Under the pieces are notes generated by a model. That model was not told the origin of the DNA. It saw only the letters and a list, made by a program, of their open reading frames with translations, and searched no databases. From Malacoraja senta (lineage: Eukaryota), in NCBI GenBank assembly GCA_038087875.1, contig CM075989.1, positions 5,022,001-5,086,000 of the forward strand: a DNA stretch of 64,000 bases. The letters are read 5' to 3'. Each line of letters starts with the position of its first letter. Position 1 is the first letter of the stretch. This document shows, piece after piece, positions 1 through 11,702 of the stretch. A program made the translations under genes and the position numbers.

Positions 1-175
1 CCCCATATCCCCTGACTCCGCTATTTTTAAGAGCCCTATCTAGCTCTCTCTTGAAAGCATCCAGAGAACCCGCCTCCACCACCCTCTGAGGCAAAGAATT
101 CCACACTCACCACTCTCTGTGTGAAAAAGTGTTTCCTCATCTCCGTTCTACATGGCTTACTCCTTATTCCAGTTA
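1..175 (-). mobile_element. CR1 3' fragment
   Basis: Reverse complement homologous to the CR1 end at ~48350-48495. Confidence 0.75.
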
Positions 176-870
176 TTCCGAAAAAAAATCGCATCTCCTT
201 CGAGGTAGGAAATTGAAATAAGTTTCCCCCCCCCCCCAGGACGGGTTTGGAGGGATATGGGCTAAACACAAGCAGGTGGGACTAGTGTAGATGGGACATA
301 TTGGCTGGTGTGGGCATGTTGGGCCGAAGGGCCTGTTTCCACCCTGTCTGACTCTACAACAGGACATCGGAAAAGATCATCCAGTAACCATGTCTGGGGA
401 GCCAGCGCTTTGCTGAAGACTGACATTGGTGTTTAAATTCACCATTGGCTTCAGTGCATCAGGACAGCTGAAGACCAACTCAGAGAAAGAGTGTTTGACG
501 GCCAAGACCTCAAACCCAGGACAACCTCATGGACTTCCTCAATACATCTGAGACCTGGACCTCAAAGCACCATGGAGGTTCTGGCAATTTAGATTAGCAT
601 TAACTTTGGAGATACGGCAATGAAACAGGCCCTTCGGCCCACCGAGTCCATGCCAACCATCCTCGATCGAGTTCCTTCAAAGGATCTTCTACAACCAATG
701 TCGATGTTTTGATTTTCTTTATTCATAAAACCATACCTCAGGAGCTGAGCCATGGGATATTTTGTCTGTCACCATTCGGTAGTTCCACCGTAAGTCATAG
801 AAGTAAACGCAGCGCAGACGAGGAAACTCTGAGATTAATTTGATTATTTCACGTTGGTTCCTCTCTCTAG

Positions 871-1008
<138 letters not shown>

Positions 1009-1024
1009 TGATCCTTTAAACACT

Positions 1025-1342
1025 TTTAGTTTAGTTGAGAGATACAGTGCAGAAACAGGCCCTTCGGCCCACCGAGTGCGTGCCGACCAGCGATCCCCGC
1101 ATATTAACACCATCCTACAAACCCTAGGACAATTTTACATTTATACATTGATACCAAGCCAGTTTACCTACAAACCTGTACTTCTTTGGGGTGTGGGGGG
1201 AAACCCGGAGATTTGGGAGAAAACCCTGCTCAGATCACGGGGAGAACGTACAAACTCCGTACAGACAGCACCCGTTGTCGGGATCGAACCCGGGTCTCTG
1301 GCGCAGCAAGCGTGTAAGGCAGCAACTCTACCGCTGTGTCCC
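1025..1342 (-). mobile_element. HE1-like tRNA-derived SINE
   Basis: B-box GGTTCGATCC, conserved core gtttgtacgttctccccgtg, CR1-like tail gggccgaagggcctgttt and (ctaaa)n. Confidence 0.8.
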
Positions 1343-1434
1343 CCTTTTACAACCCATCGCTCACACTTAAATCCCCATTAAGATTTGCTCCATAATGTGC
1401 AGATATACCTTCAGAAATTCAGAAATATCTCAGT

Positions 1435-1462
1435 CTGAAGAAGGGTCTCGACCCGAAACGTC
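1435..1462 (+). ncRNA. Minimal type I hammerhead ribozyme motif in a PLE end
   Basis: CTGAAGA-A-GGGTC-TC-GACCC-GAAA-CG-TC: CUGANGA box, helix II, GAAA, palindromic ACGT in place of helix III, GUC cleavage triplet. Confidence 0.75.
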
Positions 1463-1734
1463 ACCCATTCCTTCGCTCCATAGATGCTGCCTCACCCGCT
1501 GATTTTCTCCAGCATTTTGGTCTACCTACCAAATATATCAGAGGTGTGAATGTCGACAGTTCTCAGGTGCATATCGCAACTGGTGCTGGCTCAGAGTTTA
1601 ATGTTACAGGATGCTAGGATGAGGGGAGCAGGATGTTTGCTAGGTTTCAGCGTGCAGAAACTTGAAGATGGGGGGCTGGTCAGGAGAACAGTGGCGGGAG
1701 CAAGTCCGCAGATGTTACAAACTGGAAGAAAAGA

Positions 1735-2021
1735 GCCGACACAGTGGCGCAGCGGGTAGTACTGCTACCTCACAGCGCCAGAGACCAATCCTGACTGCGG
1801 GTACTGTCCGTGTGGAGTTTGCCCGTTCTCCCTGTGGCTGCCTGGGTTTTCTTCAGGTGTTCCGGTTTCCTCCCACATCCCACAGACGTGTGGGTTTGTA
1901 GGTTAATTGGCTTCTGTAAATTGTCTCCAAGTGTGTAGGGAGTGATATGAAAGTGGACCAATGTAAACCTTGGTGGGCTGAAGGGCCTGTTTCCTTGCTG
2001 TGTCTCTAAATTAAACTGAAC
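1735..2021 (+). mobile_element. HE1-like SINE
   Basis: A-box-like tggcgcagcgg, same core and tail. Confidence 0.75.
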
Positions 2022-2257
2022 AAGACACAACAGTAGTTGAGCTGAGACATCTGTAAAGACAAATAGTAGTAGGTGATAGAATTTGTCTGTCTTGGTGATA
2101 GATTTAGGTTTATGTTTATTATTGTCACATGTAACGTGGTACAGTGAAGAGGTTGGTTTTGCATGCTATTCAATCCTATTATACTATACCTACATATAAT
2201 CAGGTCAAACTCAATACCAATAGGTAGAGCAAAGGTGAAGATACAGAGTGCAGAATC

Positions 2258-2560
2258 TTGGTTTCTCCAACTTCAAGTAACCCTTGCATCCTCTCTACAT
2301 CCCTCCCCCACCCAAGTCATACCAGCTTCAACGTTGTCTTGTTGAGTCTCATTGTCTGTAACTCATTTTCACCTAGCCCGCTGCTAACAATGGCCTGTTT
2401 CCTTTATCATCGTTACTTTTTTGCATATCTTTCATTCATTTGTTCTACATCTCTCTACATCACCATCTATATCTCTCGTTTCCCTTCCCCCTCTCAGTCT
2501 GAAGAAGGGTCTCGACCCGAAACATCACCTATTCCTTTTCTCCAGAGATGCTGCCTGAAT
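2258..2560 (+). mobile_element. PLE 3' fragment
   Basis: Begins with FSNFK* (ttctccaacttcaagtaa), shares the same 3' region and has a hammerhead-like core at 2499-2526. Confidence 0.65.
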
Positions 2561-2567
2561 GAATGAG

Positions 2568-2910
2568 GAGAGGATGTTGTCTACTAGTGGGAGAGTCTAG
2601 GACCAGAGGCCACAGCCTCAGAATAAAAGGACGTGCCTTTAGAAAGGAGATGAGGAGTAATTTCTTTAGTCAGAGGGTGGCGAATCTGTGGAACTCATTG
2701 CCACAGGTGGCTGTGGAGGCCAAGTCAATGGATATTTTTAAGGTGGAGATCGATAGATTCTTGACTAGTACAGGTGTCAGGGGTAATAGGGAGAAGGCAG
2801 GAGATTGGGGTTAGGAGGGAAAGATGGATCATTTATGATGGAATGGTGGAATAGACTTGATGGGCCAAATGGCCTAATTCTGCTCCTTTAACATAAACAT
2901 GAACATGAAT
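2568..2910 (+). mobile_element. CR1 3' fragment
   Basis: GESRTRGHSLRI...FFSQRVANLWNSLP and tail. Confidence 0.8.
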
Positions 2911-2990
2911 AGCATATGCCTTCTTTGTCGCTCTATATATTGGTGTGGTAGCACCTGAATTATCTAAAATGATAAATCATCACCAATTAC

Positions 2991-3197
2991 TGACGCAAAA
3001 TGCTGGAGTAACTCAGCGGGACAGGCAGCATCTCTGGAGAGAAGGAATGGGTGAGGTTTCGGGTCGAGACCCTTCTCCAGACCCAACTCGAAACGTCACC
3101 CATTCCTTCTCTTCAGATGTGCTGCCTGTCCTGCTGAGTTACTCCAGCATTTTGTATCTATCCTTGGTGTAAACCAGCATCTACAGTTCTTCCCTAC
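2991..3197. mobile_element. Head-to-head (inverted) pair of PLE ends
   Basis: caaaatgctggagtaactcagc...gaaggaatgggtga followed by its reverse complement. Confidence 0.7.
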
Positions 3198-3224
3198 TCA
3201 ATAACCACCATTCATTTCTTCCAG

Positions 3225-3377
3225 GTGCATGTGCATGGTGAGGAGCTGGAATCGTTTTTTAAGGAAATTGATGCTGATATTCTCCCAGAAGAATTTGGAG
3301 GGAGCCAAGCGAAATACAACGGCAAAATAATAGCTGAGAAAATCTTCGGCACTGAGTCGGAAGATACTGCCCTATAA
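3225..3377 (+). CDS. RLBP1: RLBP1 terminal coding exon
   Basis: Acceptor tttcttccAG, phase 0 in register with 871-981. Translates VHVHGEELESFFKEIDADILPEEFGGSQAKYNGKIIAEKIFGTESEDTAL*, matching the CRALBP C-terminus (ILPxxFGG motif). Confidence 0.96.
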   Translation: MHVHGEELESFFKEIDADILPEEFGGSQAKYNGKIIAEKIFGTESEDTAL

Positions 3378-3490
3378 GCACCACAAATGGCATTGAGAGA
3401 AGCCTTAAATAGGGGGGGGGGGGGGGAGGGGGGGGGGAATGAATTGCAAACTAGTTACCGCAGGATTTGGTTTTCATAAAAGCAACAAAA

Positions 3491-3496
3491 AATAAA
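3491..3496 (+). promoter_or_regulatory. Candidate proximal polyadenylation signal of RLBP1 (alternative AATAAA at 4014-4019)
   Basis: AATAAA about 115 nt after the stop codon; usage not shown. Confidence 0.35.
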
Positions 3497-3540
3497 GAAC
3501 TACAGATGCTGGATATCTGAAACAAAAACAGAACATCCTC

Positions 3541-3842
3541 TTAGTTTAGTTTATTTTAGAGATACTGCGCAGAAACAGGCCCTTCGGCCCGCCGAGTCCG
3601 TACCGACCCGCGATCCCCGCGCACCAACACCATCCTACACGCTTTAGGGCCAATTTAAATGTATACCAAGCCAATCAGCCTACAAACCTGTACGCCTTTG
3701 GAGTGTGGGTGGAAACCGGGGCACCCGGAGAAAACCCACGCAGGTCACGGGGAGAACGTACAGGCAGCACCCGTGGTCAGGATTGAACCCTGGTCTCTGG
3801 CGCTGTGAGGCAGCAACTCTACTGCTGCGCCACCGTGCCGCC
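3541..3842 (-). mobile_element. HE1-like SINE, full length, just downstream of RLBP1
   Basis: gggcggcacggtggcgcagcagtagag head, core and tail. Confidence 0.85.
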
Positions 3843-4544
3843 TTTTTCTCAATGGTTCGTGCAGTGGTTGTGGAGAGTGGAGCAGGGTTCACGTTTCAAG
3901 TCAATGGACTTCCAGCTGTTAACCAGTTGAAAGTTATACACCTGAAGTTTTAACTCCATTTCCCCCTCCGCAAATGTTACCTGATCTGCGAATATTTTTT
4001 TCAAAACTGTCCGAATAAAGCATTGCACCGTACAACACGAGCTGTCCCCAATTCTCATTGTGTAACTGACTTGATTCCACGCTGGAGCCACCACTCAGCT
4101 CTCAGCTCCTTTATCGTCAAAGCAGAAATACACGTCTTGCGATGAAGACAAAGGGAACGTTACCTCACAGGTAGATAGGGCCGGACAAGATGGCTATCGC
4201 CACATTGGCCTTCATCAGTCAGAGCATTGAGTATAGAAAGTAGGCACAAGAAGCTGGAGGAGCTCAGCAGGCCAGGCAGCATCTCTGGAGAAAAGGAATA
4301 GGTGACGTTTTGGGGTTGAGACCCTTCTTCAGACAGTCAGGGGAGAGGGAGAGGGGAGATATAGAAGTTACATAGAACAAATGAATGAAAGACACGCAAA
4401 AGGAAGGTGATCAAGGAAAGGTGGAGCCCACAATGGTCCACTGTTGGCTGTGGGGTGGGTGAAAATGAGTTACAGACAGTGAAACTCAACAAGGTGACAG
4501 AGTACAACGGCTAGCGTGTGGGAGGAACAGTGAGAGGGGATGTA

Positions 4545-5030
4545 CATAGAGGTTGGGCGGTCATGTTGAAGTTGTACAAGACTTCATTTAGTCTTGAGGC
4601 CACATTTAGAGTATTGTGTTCAGTTTTGGTCACCATGGTATAGGAAAGGTGTTGTCAAGCAGAAAAAGGTGCAGAGAAGATTTATGTGGATGTTGCCAGG
4701 ACTCGAGGGCCTGAGCTGCAGGGTCCAGCAGGCCTGGACTTTATTCCTTGGAGAGCAGGAGGGTGAGGGGTGATCTTATAGAGGTGTACAAGACCATGAG
4801 AGGAATAGATCGGATAAATGCACGGAGTCTTTTGCCCAGAGTAGGGGAGTCGAAAAGAAGAGGACATAGGTTTAAGGTGAGGGGGTGGGGCGGGGAATCT
4901 AATAGGAATCTAAGGGGTGACCTTTTTACACAGAGAGTGGTGGGTATATGGGCGAGCTGCCAAAGGAGGTAGTGGAGGCAGGTACTATTGTTACGTTTAA
5001 GATACATTTTTGGACAGCTGTATGGATAGA
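4545..5030 (+). mobile_element. CR1 3' fragment
   Basis: RPHLEYCVQFW and RRVRGDLIEVYK...FTQRVV. Confidence 0.8.
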
Positions 5031-6091
5031 CAACAGACAATAGACAATAGGTGCAGCAGTAGGCCATTGGGCCCTTCTGGCCAGCACCGCCATTCAATGT
5101 GATCATGGCTGATCATCCACAATCAGTACCCAGTTCCTGCCTTCTCCCCAGATCCCCTGACTCCGCTATCTTTAATAGGTTTAGAGGTTTATGGGTCAAG
5201 CGCGGGTAGTTGGGAAAAGTGTGGATAGGGCGTGTTGGCCGGCATGGGCTTGTTGGGTTGAAGGGTCCGTTTCCACGCCAAAGCACTGCTTCACTAGTTG
5301 TAAGACAGTGGCCTATTATTTCATACATATTGACTCACAGCACAGAAACAGGCCCTTCAGCCCAACTCATCCCAGCTGACCAAGATGCCCCATTTAAGGT
5401 GACCAATTTGCTCACGCTTGGTCCATATCCCTCTAAAATCTTTCTTATCCATGTGCCTGTTCATGTGTCTTTTAAATAGTTATAGTACCAGCCTCAACTA
5501 TATCCTCTGGCAGCCTGCCCCATGACAGAAGTGGGAGGAGTTGTAAAGTTTGATAGCCACAGGGAAGAAGGATCTCCTGTGGCGTTCTGTCCTGCATCTT
5601 GGTGGAACCAGTCTGTGCCTGAAGGTAGATACGCACAAAGAGTGATATAATGCAGTCACACAGTGTGGAAACAGGCCCTTCAGCCCAACTTGCCCACGCC
5701 GACCAACATGTAAGATAAAGTCCAGTAAAGTCCTGTCAAAGATAGTCTGAGGGTCTCCAATGAGGTAGATAGTTGCTCAGGACTGCTCTCTAGTTGTTGG
5801 TAGGATGGTTCAGTTGCCTGATAACGGATGGGAAGATGCTGTCGCTGAATCTGGATGTTCATACAGTGTGAAAACAGGCCTTTCGGCCTAACTTGCTCAT
5901 GCCGACCAACATCTACTCTAGTCCCACCTGCCTGCATTTGGCCCTTATCCCTTTAAACCTGTCCTATCCATGTACCTGTCTAAATGTTTCTTTAATGTTG
6001 CGACAGTCCCAGCCTCAACTACCTCCTCCAGCGGCTTGTTCCATACACCCTCCACCCTTTGTGTGAAAATGTTACTCCTCAGGTTCCTATT

Positions 6092-7068
6092 ATAATAATA
6101 ATAATAATAATAATAATAATTTTATTTATGGGCGCCTTTCAAGAGTCTCAAGGACACCTTACAAAATTTAACAAGTAAAAAAACATATAATCGGAGTAAA
6201 ATAAATAATAAAGACATCACCAATACACAAATTAAAGATCCAAAGACAAAAAAATCAAAAACACAATGTGAAGAGAGAGCAGCGGCAGCTAAACCGCGCC
6301 AGCGTCCACTCTCCCCTCCGGCAGCCATCTTGGACACAGACTAAAATAATTACTCACACACAAAAATCATCCCCCCACAATGGTTACCACTGTGGGGGAG
6401 GGCACAATGTCCAGTCCCCATCCCCAGGTCTCCCAAAGTCAGGCCTATTGAGGCCTCCGCTATTGCCTCTACGGAGGCCCGATGTTCCTGGCCGTTCTCG
6501 CTGGGTGCTGTTGCCCCGGCGTCGGGAGAGTCCTCTCAGCAGCTGGGCCACCCGGAACGGCCGTTTCCAATACCGGAGACCGCGGCTTCCGAAGCCGACA
6601 AGGCCGCGCCGGTATGGAGCTCCCAGGCTCCCGATGTTGAAGTCGGCGCCGCCCGCTCCGCTCCGCAGACCCGCAGCCTGGAGGTGTTGAGCTCGGCGGT
6701 CACAGCTCACCGGAGCTCCAGCGCGTCGATCCAGCGCGGCGACCCAGGCAAGGCATCGCCCGCTCCGCTCCGCGATAGCGCTCCAGCGCTGTGCCGCCAC
6801 CGAAGCCGAGGTGCTGGGCGGTCCCCGCCAGGAAACGGCGCTCCACGCCCGCTGGTGGGCCACGAGGATGGGTCGACGGGGCAGCCCGGAGAAAAAGCTG
6901 CCTCACCGACCAGGTAGGGACCTAGAAATGTAGTTACCCCCTTCCCCGTACATTAAAAAGTCTATTTCTCCCACAAACAAGACACAGGACTCACTAAAAC
7001 CGCAAAAAAAAAGTGAATTAAATAGACGGCTGCTGATTAGCAGCCGTTCCCCAAGATGGCTCCTCTCC
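6092..7068 (-). mobile_element. GC/CpG-rich non-autonomous retroposon with L2-type 3' end and (TTA)n tail
   Basis: Minus 3' end tgtaaggtgtccttgag...gaaaggcgcccataaataaa(tta)n; inserted into a CR1 fragment (aggttcctat / tgaatctttcccc). Confidence 0.6.
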
Positions 7069-7369
7069 TCCTTGAATCTTTCCCCCTGCATGCATGCATG
7101 CATGCGGAGTTTATGATGCCTCGTTGCTGGTCTGGGACTGCAATGGTGCTGCGGTGGGGGGAACGGAAGTTACCTGAGAAAAATCACCAACTATATTTGG
7201 GGATTTTACAATATTGATGTTAAGACTCCAGTGAACCAAAACGGGGCCATAATCGGGTGTGCAAGCCTTTCTCGCAGCTGAGTACATTTAAATTATTTCA
7301 CAAACATTTAAAAACAGTGGAGGCCACAGTATTGTCCACAGTCAACACTTCTACAGCCCCTGTCTCAGA

Positions 7370-7885
7370 AGGACATGCATATTATAATTCATAGCATCTC
7401 ACTCAATGCTTGGGTAGCTTACAACCGAACAGTATGAACACTGGATTCTCCAATTTTAAGTAACCAGCCAAAAACATGCCTCGCCTTATGCCCTCCCTGT
7501 CTACTTCCCCTCCCGTCCCCCTCTTCCCTTCCCCCCAATTCCCAACTCCTGTCTGGACTCAAGCCCATTTATGCTCTCCCCCTCCCCCTCCCCCTCCCCC
7601 TCCACCTACATTCCTGTCTCTGACTTCACAATCTGCAACATGTCTAACCTTATCTCACTCCTTTAGTCTTGCCATCGCTGGCTTGCGTCCAACCATCGGC
7701 CTACCACCTGTATCCACAACTGCTCGCCAGGCCTTGTCCTGCCCCTCTTCTCTTGCAGCTATCTTCACCCCTCCCCGCCACAATTAGTCTGAAGAAGGGT
7801 CCCACCCCGAAACGTCACCTCTCCACGTTCTCCAGAGATGCCGCCTGACCCACTGAGTTACTCCAGCACTTTGTGTCATTTTTTT
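7370..7885 (+). mobile_element. Penelope-like element 3' fragment (ORF C-terminus, 3' region and hammerhead)
   Basis: 7410-7463 translates LGSLQPNSMNTGFSNFK*, resembling the C-terminal LxPxGxN motif of PLE GIY-YIG endonucleases. It is followed by a pyrimidine-rich tract and a hammerhead core at 7789-7816. Confidence 0.7.
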
Positions 7886-8051
7886 ACTCAAGGCTTTTTG
7901 CTTCCATAGATCACGCCCACACAAACAGCTGCCACTAATACAGACATTTAAGAGCATCCAAAAGGATTTTCTCCTCCGAGTGATATCACAGGATAAAATT
8001 TGACATTGAACGACCAAAAGCAATGGGTGACAATTTGATTTGAGCGGTGGA

Positions 8052-8324
8052 GTTTAGTTTAGTTTAGAGATCCAGCGTGGAAACAGGTTCTTCGGCCCAC
8101 TGAGTCCACACCGACCAGCGATCCCCGCACATTAACATTATCCTACACACACTAGGGACGATTTACAATTTTACTAAAGCCAATTAACCTTTAAACCTGT
8201 CTTTGGAGTGTGGAAGAAAACCCACGCAGGTCACGTGGAGAACGTACAAACTCTGTATAGACAGCGAACCCGGGTCTCTGGCGTTGTAAGGGGGCAACTC
8301 TACCACTGCGCCACCGTGCTGCCC
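8052..8324 (-). mobile_element. HE1-like SINE
   Basis: Same consensus. Confidence 0.8.
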
Positions 8325-9534
8325 ACCGAGTTGATGCAAGCTTTGAGCGGACAGAATGATATTCAGAAGCAAGAAGGTCCATGGATGGAATTCAAGACCT
8401 CGGGTCCCAGACGTCACTAATCGGTGTGGGGGTGTCAGGGAAATTGGCGGATCAGAGTGGGGGAGGGAGAGTGATCCGGATGGCATCTAACAGGTTAAAA
8501 CATGGAATGTATTCTGGTACTGCCGCTGCCAGGTAGTACATCAGGATGGTGGTTAACAAGGAAGACACATTTGGAAGCTCTTCTTTGGAAGGCATGGGAA
8601 GAAAAATGATGAGACATATTCCAAAGTACGACACTTCATGAAACAGCTACTCCTGCAACCTCCACCACAGAGATCTTGCTGAATGCATGTGTTAGATCAA
8701 TATCTGATCATTTCTGAAATAGATGTGTAGTTGGAACTCCTATCTTCACATCAAAAATGACTACAGTTTGATGTGGAGAGAAAACCAGAAATCCGAACAC
8801 GGACACCAGTGTTTGTTAAACTTCTCCGCCAACCTGTCCTCATCTTTCCAGCAATTGCAGCCCACTCATGCCTCACTAGAAGCAGAGTCAACATTAGAGT
8901 CATAGAGTGATACAGTGTGGAAACAGGCCCCTTGGCCCAACTTGCCCACACCGGCCAACATGTCCCAGCTACACAAGCCCCACCTGGTCCATATCCCTCC
9001 AAACCTGTCCTATCCATGTACCTGTCTAAATGTTTCTTAAACGTTGGGATAGTCCCAGCCTCAACTACCTCGTTCCATACAACCACCACCCTTTGTGTGA
9101 AAAAGTTACCCTTCAGATTCCTATTCCCCTTTTTTCCTTCACCTTAAACCAATGCCCTCTGAGGAATCGCTGGTATAATGGGACCTTGCCTCTTACTGAC
9201 TTGTGGTGTTGGTACAGCTTAAATGTCTTCTGATCCACGTTGAATCTGATCTGGGAGTATCTGGGGACTTAAAATGGGGAGGTACCATCCTTCGAGCACA
9301 GAATTCACACGTGCAAAACATCTTTTGATTTCATTGTTACCAAATGGAGGTACAAGCGGGTGCGTCCATGGAAACAACACTGTCTGCAGATTCCCATCTG
9401 AGATTGGGCGGCATGGTGGCGCAGTGGTAGAACTGCTGCCTCACAGCGCCAGAGACCCGGGTTCGATCCTGACTGCGGCTACTGTTTGTACGAAGTTTGC
9501 ACCTTATCCCCGTGTATTACCACCCTTCGGTAGT

Positions 9535-10175
9535 AAAGAAAGCAAACTCATTTATTTCAAGAGGGCTTGTATACAAAAAACAGGGAAGTGATGCTAAGGA
9601 GCTGGTTCGGACGCATTTGGAATATTGTGAGCAATTTTGGGCACCATATCTGTGGAAGGATGTGCTGGCTCTGGAGAGGGTCCAGAGGAGGCTTACAAGA
9701 ATGATCCCAGGAATGAGTAGGTTAACATATGATGAGCGTTTGTCGGCACTGGGCCTGTACTGGCTGGAGTTTAGAAAAATTAGTGGGGGGATCTCATTGA
9801 AACTTACAGAACAGTGAAAGGCCTGGATAGAGTGGATGTGGAGAGGATGTTTCCACTTGTGGAGAGTCTAGGGCAAGAGGTCATAGCCTTAGAATTAAAA
9901 GACGTTCTTTTAGGAAGGAGATGAGGAGAAATTTCTTCAGCCAGAGGGTGGTGAATCTGGAATTCTTTGCCACAGAAGGCTGTGGAGGCCGTCAGTGGAT
10001 ATTTTTAAGGCGGAGATAGATAGATTTTTGATTAGTACAGGTGTCAGAGGTTATGGGGAGAAGGCAGGAGAATGGGGTTAGGAGGGAGAGATAGATCAGC
10101 TATGATTGAATGGCGGAGTAGACTTGATGGGCCGAATGGCCTAATTCTACTCCCATCTGTTATGATCTTATGATC
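9535..10175 (+). mobile_element. CR1 3' fragment
   Basis: HLEYCEQFWAPY...LERVQRRLTRMIPG and CR1 tail. Confidence 0.85.
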
Positions 10176-11702
10176 AAGTCCACGAGTATATGGGGTGGGG
10201 AGAGTGGAGTGAAGACTGACAAATATTCCCCTCCCCCTCTCTAAACAAACACTATTCAAATCAAACACTAAACAATCAAAGCTATTCCTGGAATATCACT
10301 GTCCTACCTGGGACATTTGTTGTGTCTCTCTTCACAGATGTCACCTCCCCGGTGAGAAAATCGAACCACTTTTATTTTTATTTCAGATTTTCAGCATCTG
10401 CAAGATTTTGCTTTCAAAACTCTGAAAATTTGAAAGGCGCTGTATATATTAAAGTTATTTCTGTTAGATATCAAAGGCATGTGACTGGAATCTATTCTGC
10501 AATGGGATGACCTGCGTGGGTTTTCTCCAGGATCTCCGGTTTCCTCCCACACTCCAAAGAGGTGCAGGTTTGTAGGTTCATTTGCTTGGTATAAAGCGTA
10601 AATAATCCCCAGTGTGTGTCCCCCGGGCAGTGTCAGTATGCGGGGATCGCTGGTCGTCGCGGACCCGATGGGCCGAAGGGCCTGTTTCCGTGCTGTGGCT
10701 CTAAACTAAACTAAAATAACCAACTTGACAATGTATTACTGATCCTCCATCATCATTGGTGTTTAAAAATAGGGAATCTCTGATCAAGAGGCCCATTGGA
10801 GAACGTTTACCAATGGTTTGATGGTTTGAGAAGGTAGTTCACCGCCAGCTCCGCAAGCAATGAGTTGTCAGCCGTTCCCACATCTGTGCAGTAATTAGAA
10901 CATAGGACAACACAACAAAGGGCTCTTCAGCCCACAATGTCTGTGACGTTAAAATAAACCAATCTCATCATCCATATCCTTCCATTCCCTGCCTGTCCAT
11001 GTGCTGATCTAAAACTCTCTCAAATGTCACTATAATATTTACCTCCACCACCACCCCTGGCAGAGAGGTCCAAGCTTCTGCGTACAAAACCTGCCCCACA
11101 CATCTCCTTTAAGCTTTGCCCCTCTTGTGTGGGGAGAAGGCAGGAGATTGGAGTTAGGAGGGAGAGATAGATCAGCCATGATTGAATGGCGGAGTAGACT
11201 TGATGGGCCGAATGGCCTAATTCTACTCCGATCCCTTATGACCTTATGTGGACAAAAATGCTGGAGAAACTCAGCGGGTGAGGCAGCAACTGTGGAGCGA
11301 AGGAAATAGGTGGTGTTTCGGGTTGAGACGACTGTGTACTCCGCCATTCAAGTCTACTCCGCCATTCAATCACCCGCTGAGTTTCTCCAGCATTTTTATC
11401 TACCTTGGAATTTTCCAGCATCTGCAGTTCTTTCTTAAACCTTATGACCTTATGACCTCTAACCTTAAAGCTAAGCCCTCTGGTCTTTGACTTTTTCCAC
11501 CTTGGGACAAAGGTTCTGACTAACGATGCCTCCCATAATTTCACAGACTTCCATCAGGTCTCCAGCGTTACAGAGAAGGCAATCCAATTCTGTCCCACCT
11601 CTCCTTATAGCAAATATCCTCTAATCAAGGTGGTAAACCTCCCCTGCATCCTCTCCAAAGCCTCCACATCCTTCCTGTAATGGGGCGACCAGAACTACAC
11701 GC

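Noticed and set aside
6268..6917. Overlapping 140-159-aa ORFs on both strands
   Set aside because: Stop-poor GC-rich retroposon interior; low-complexity Arg/Pro/Gly translations.
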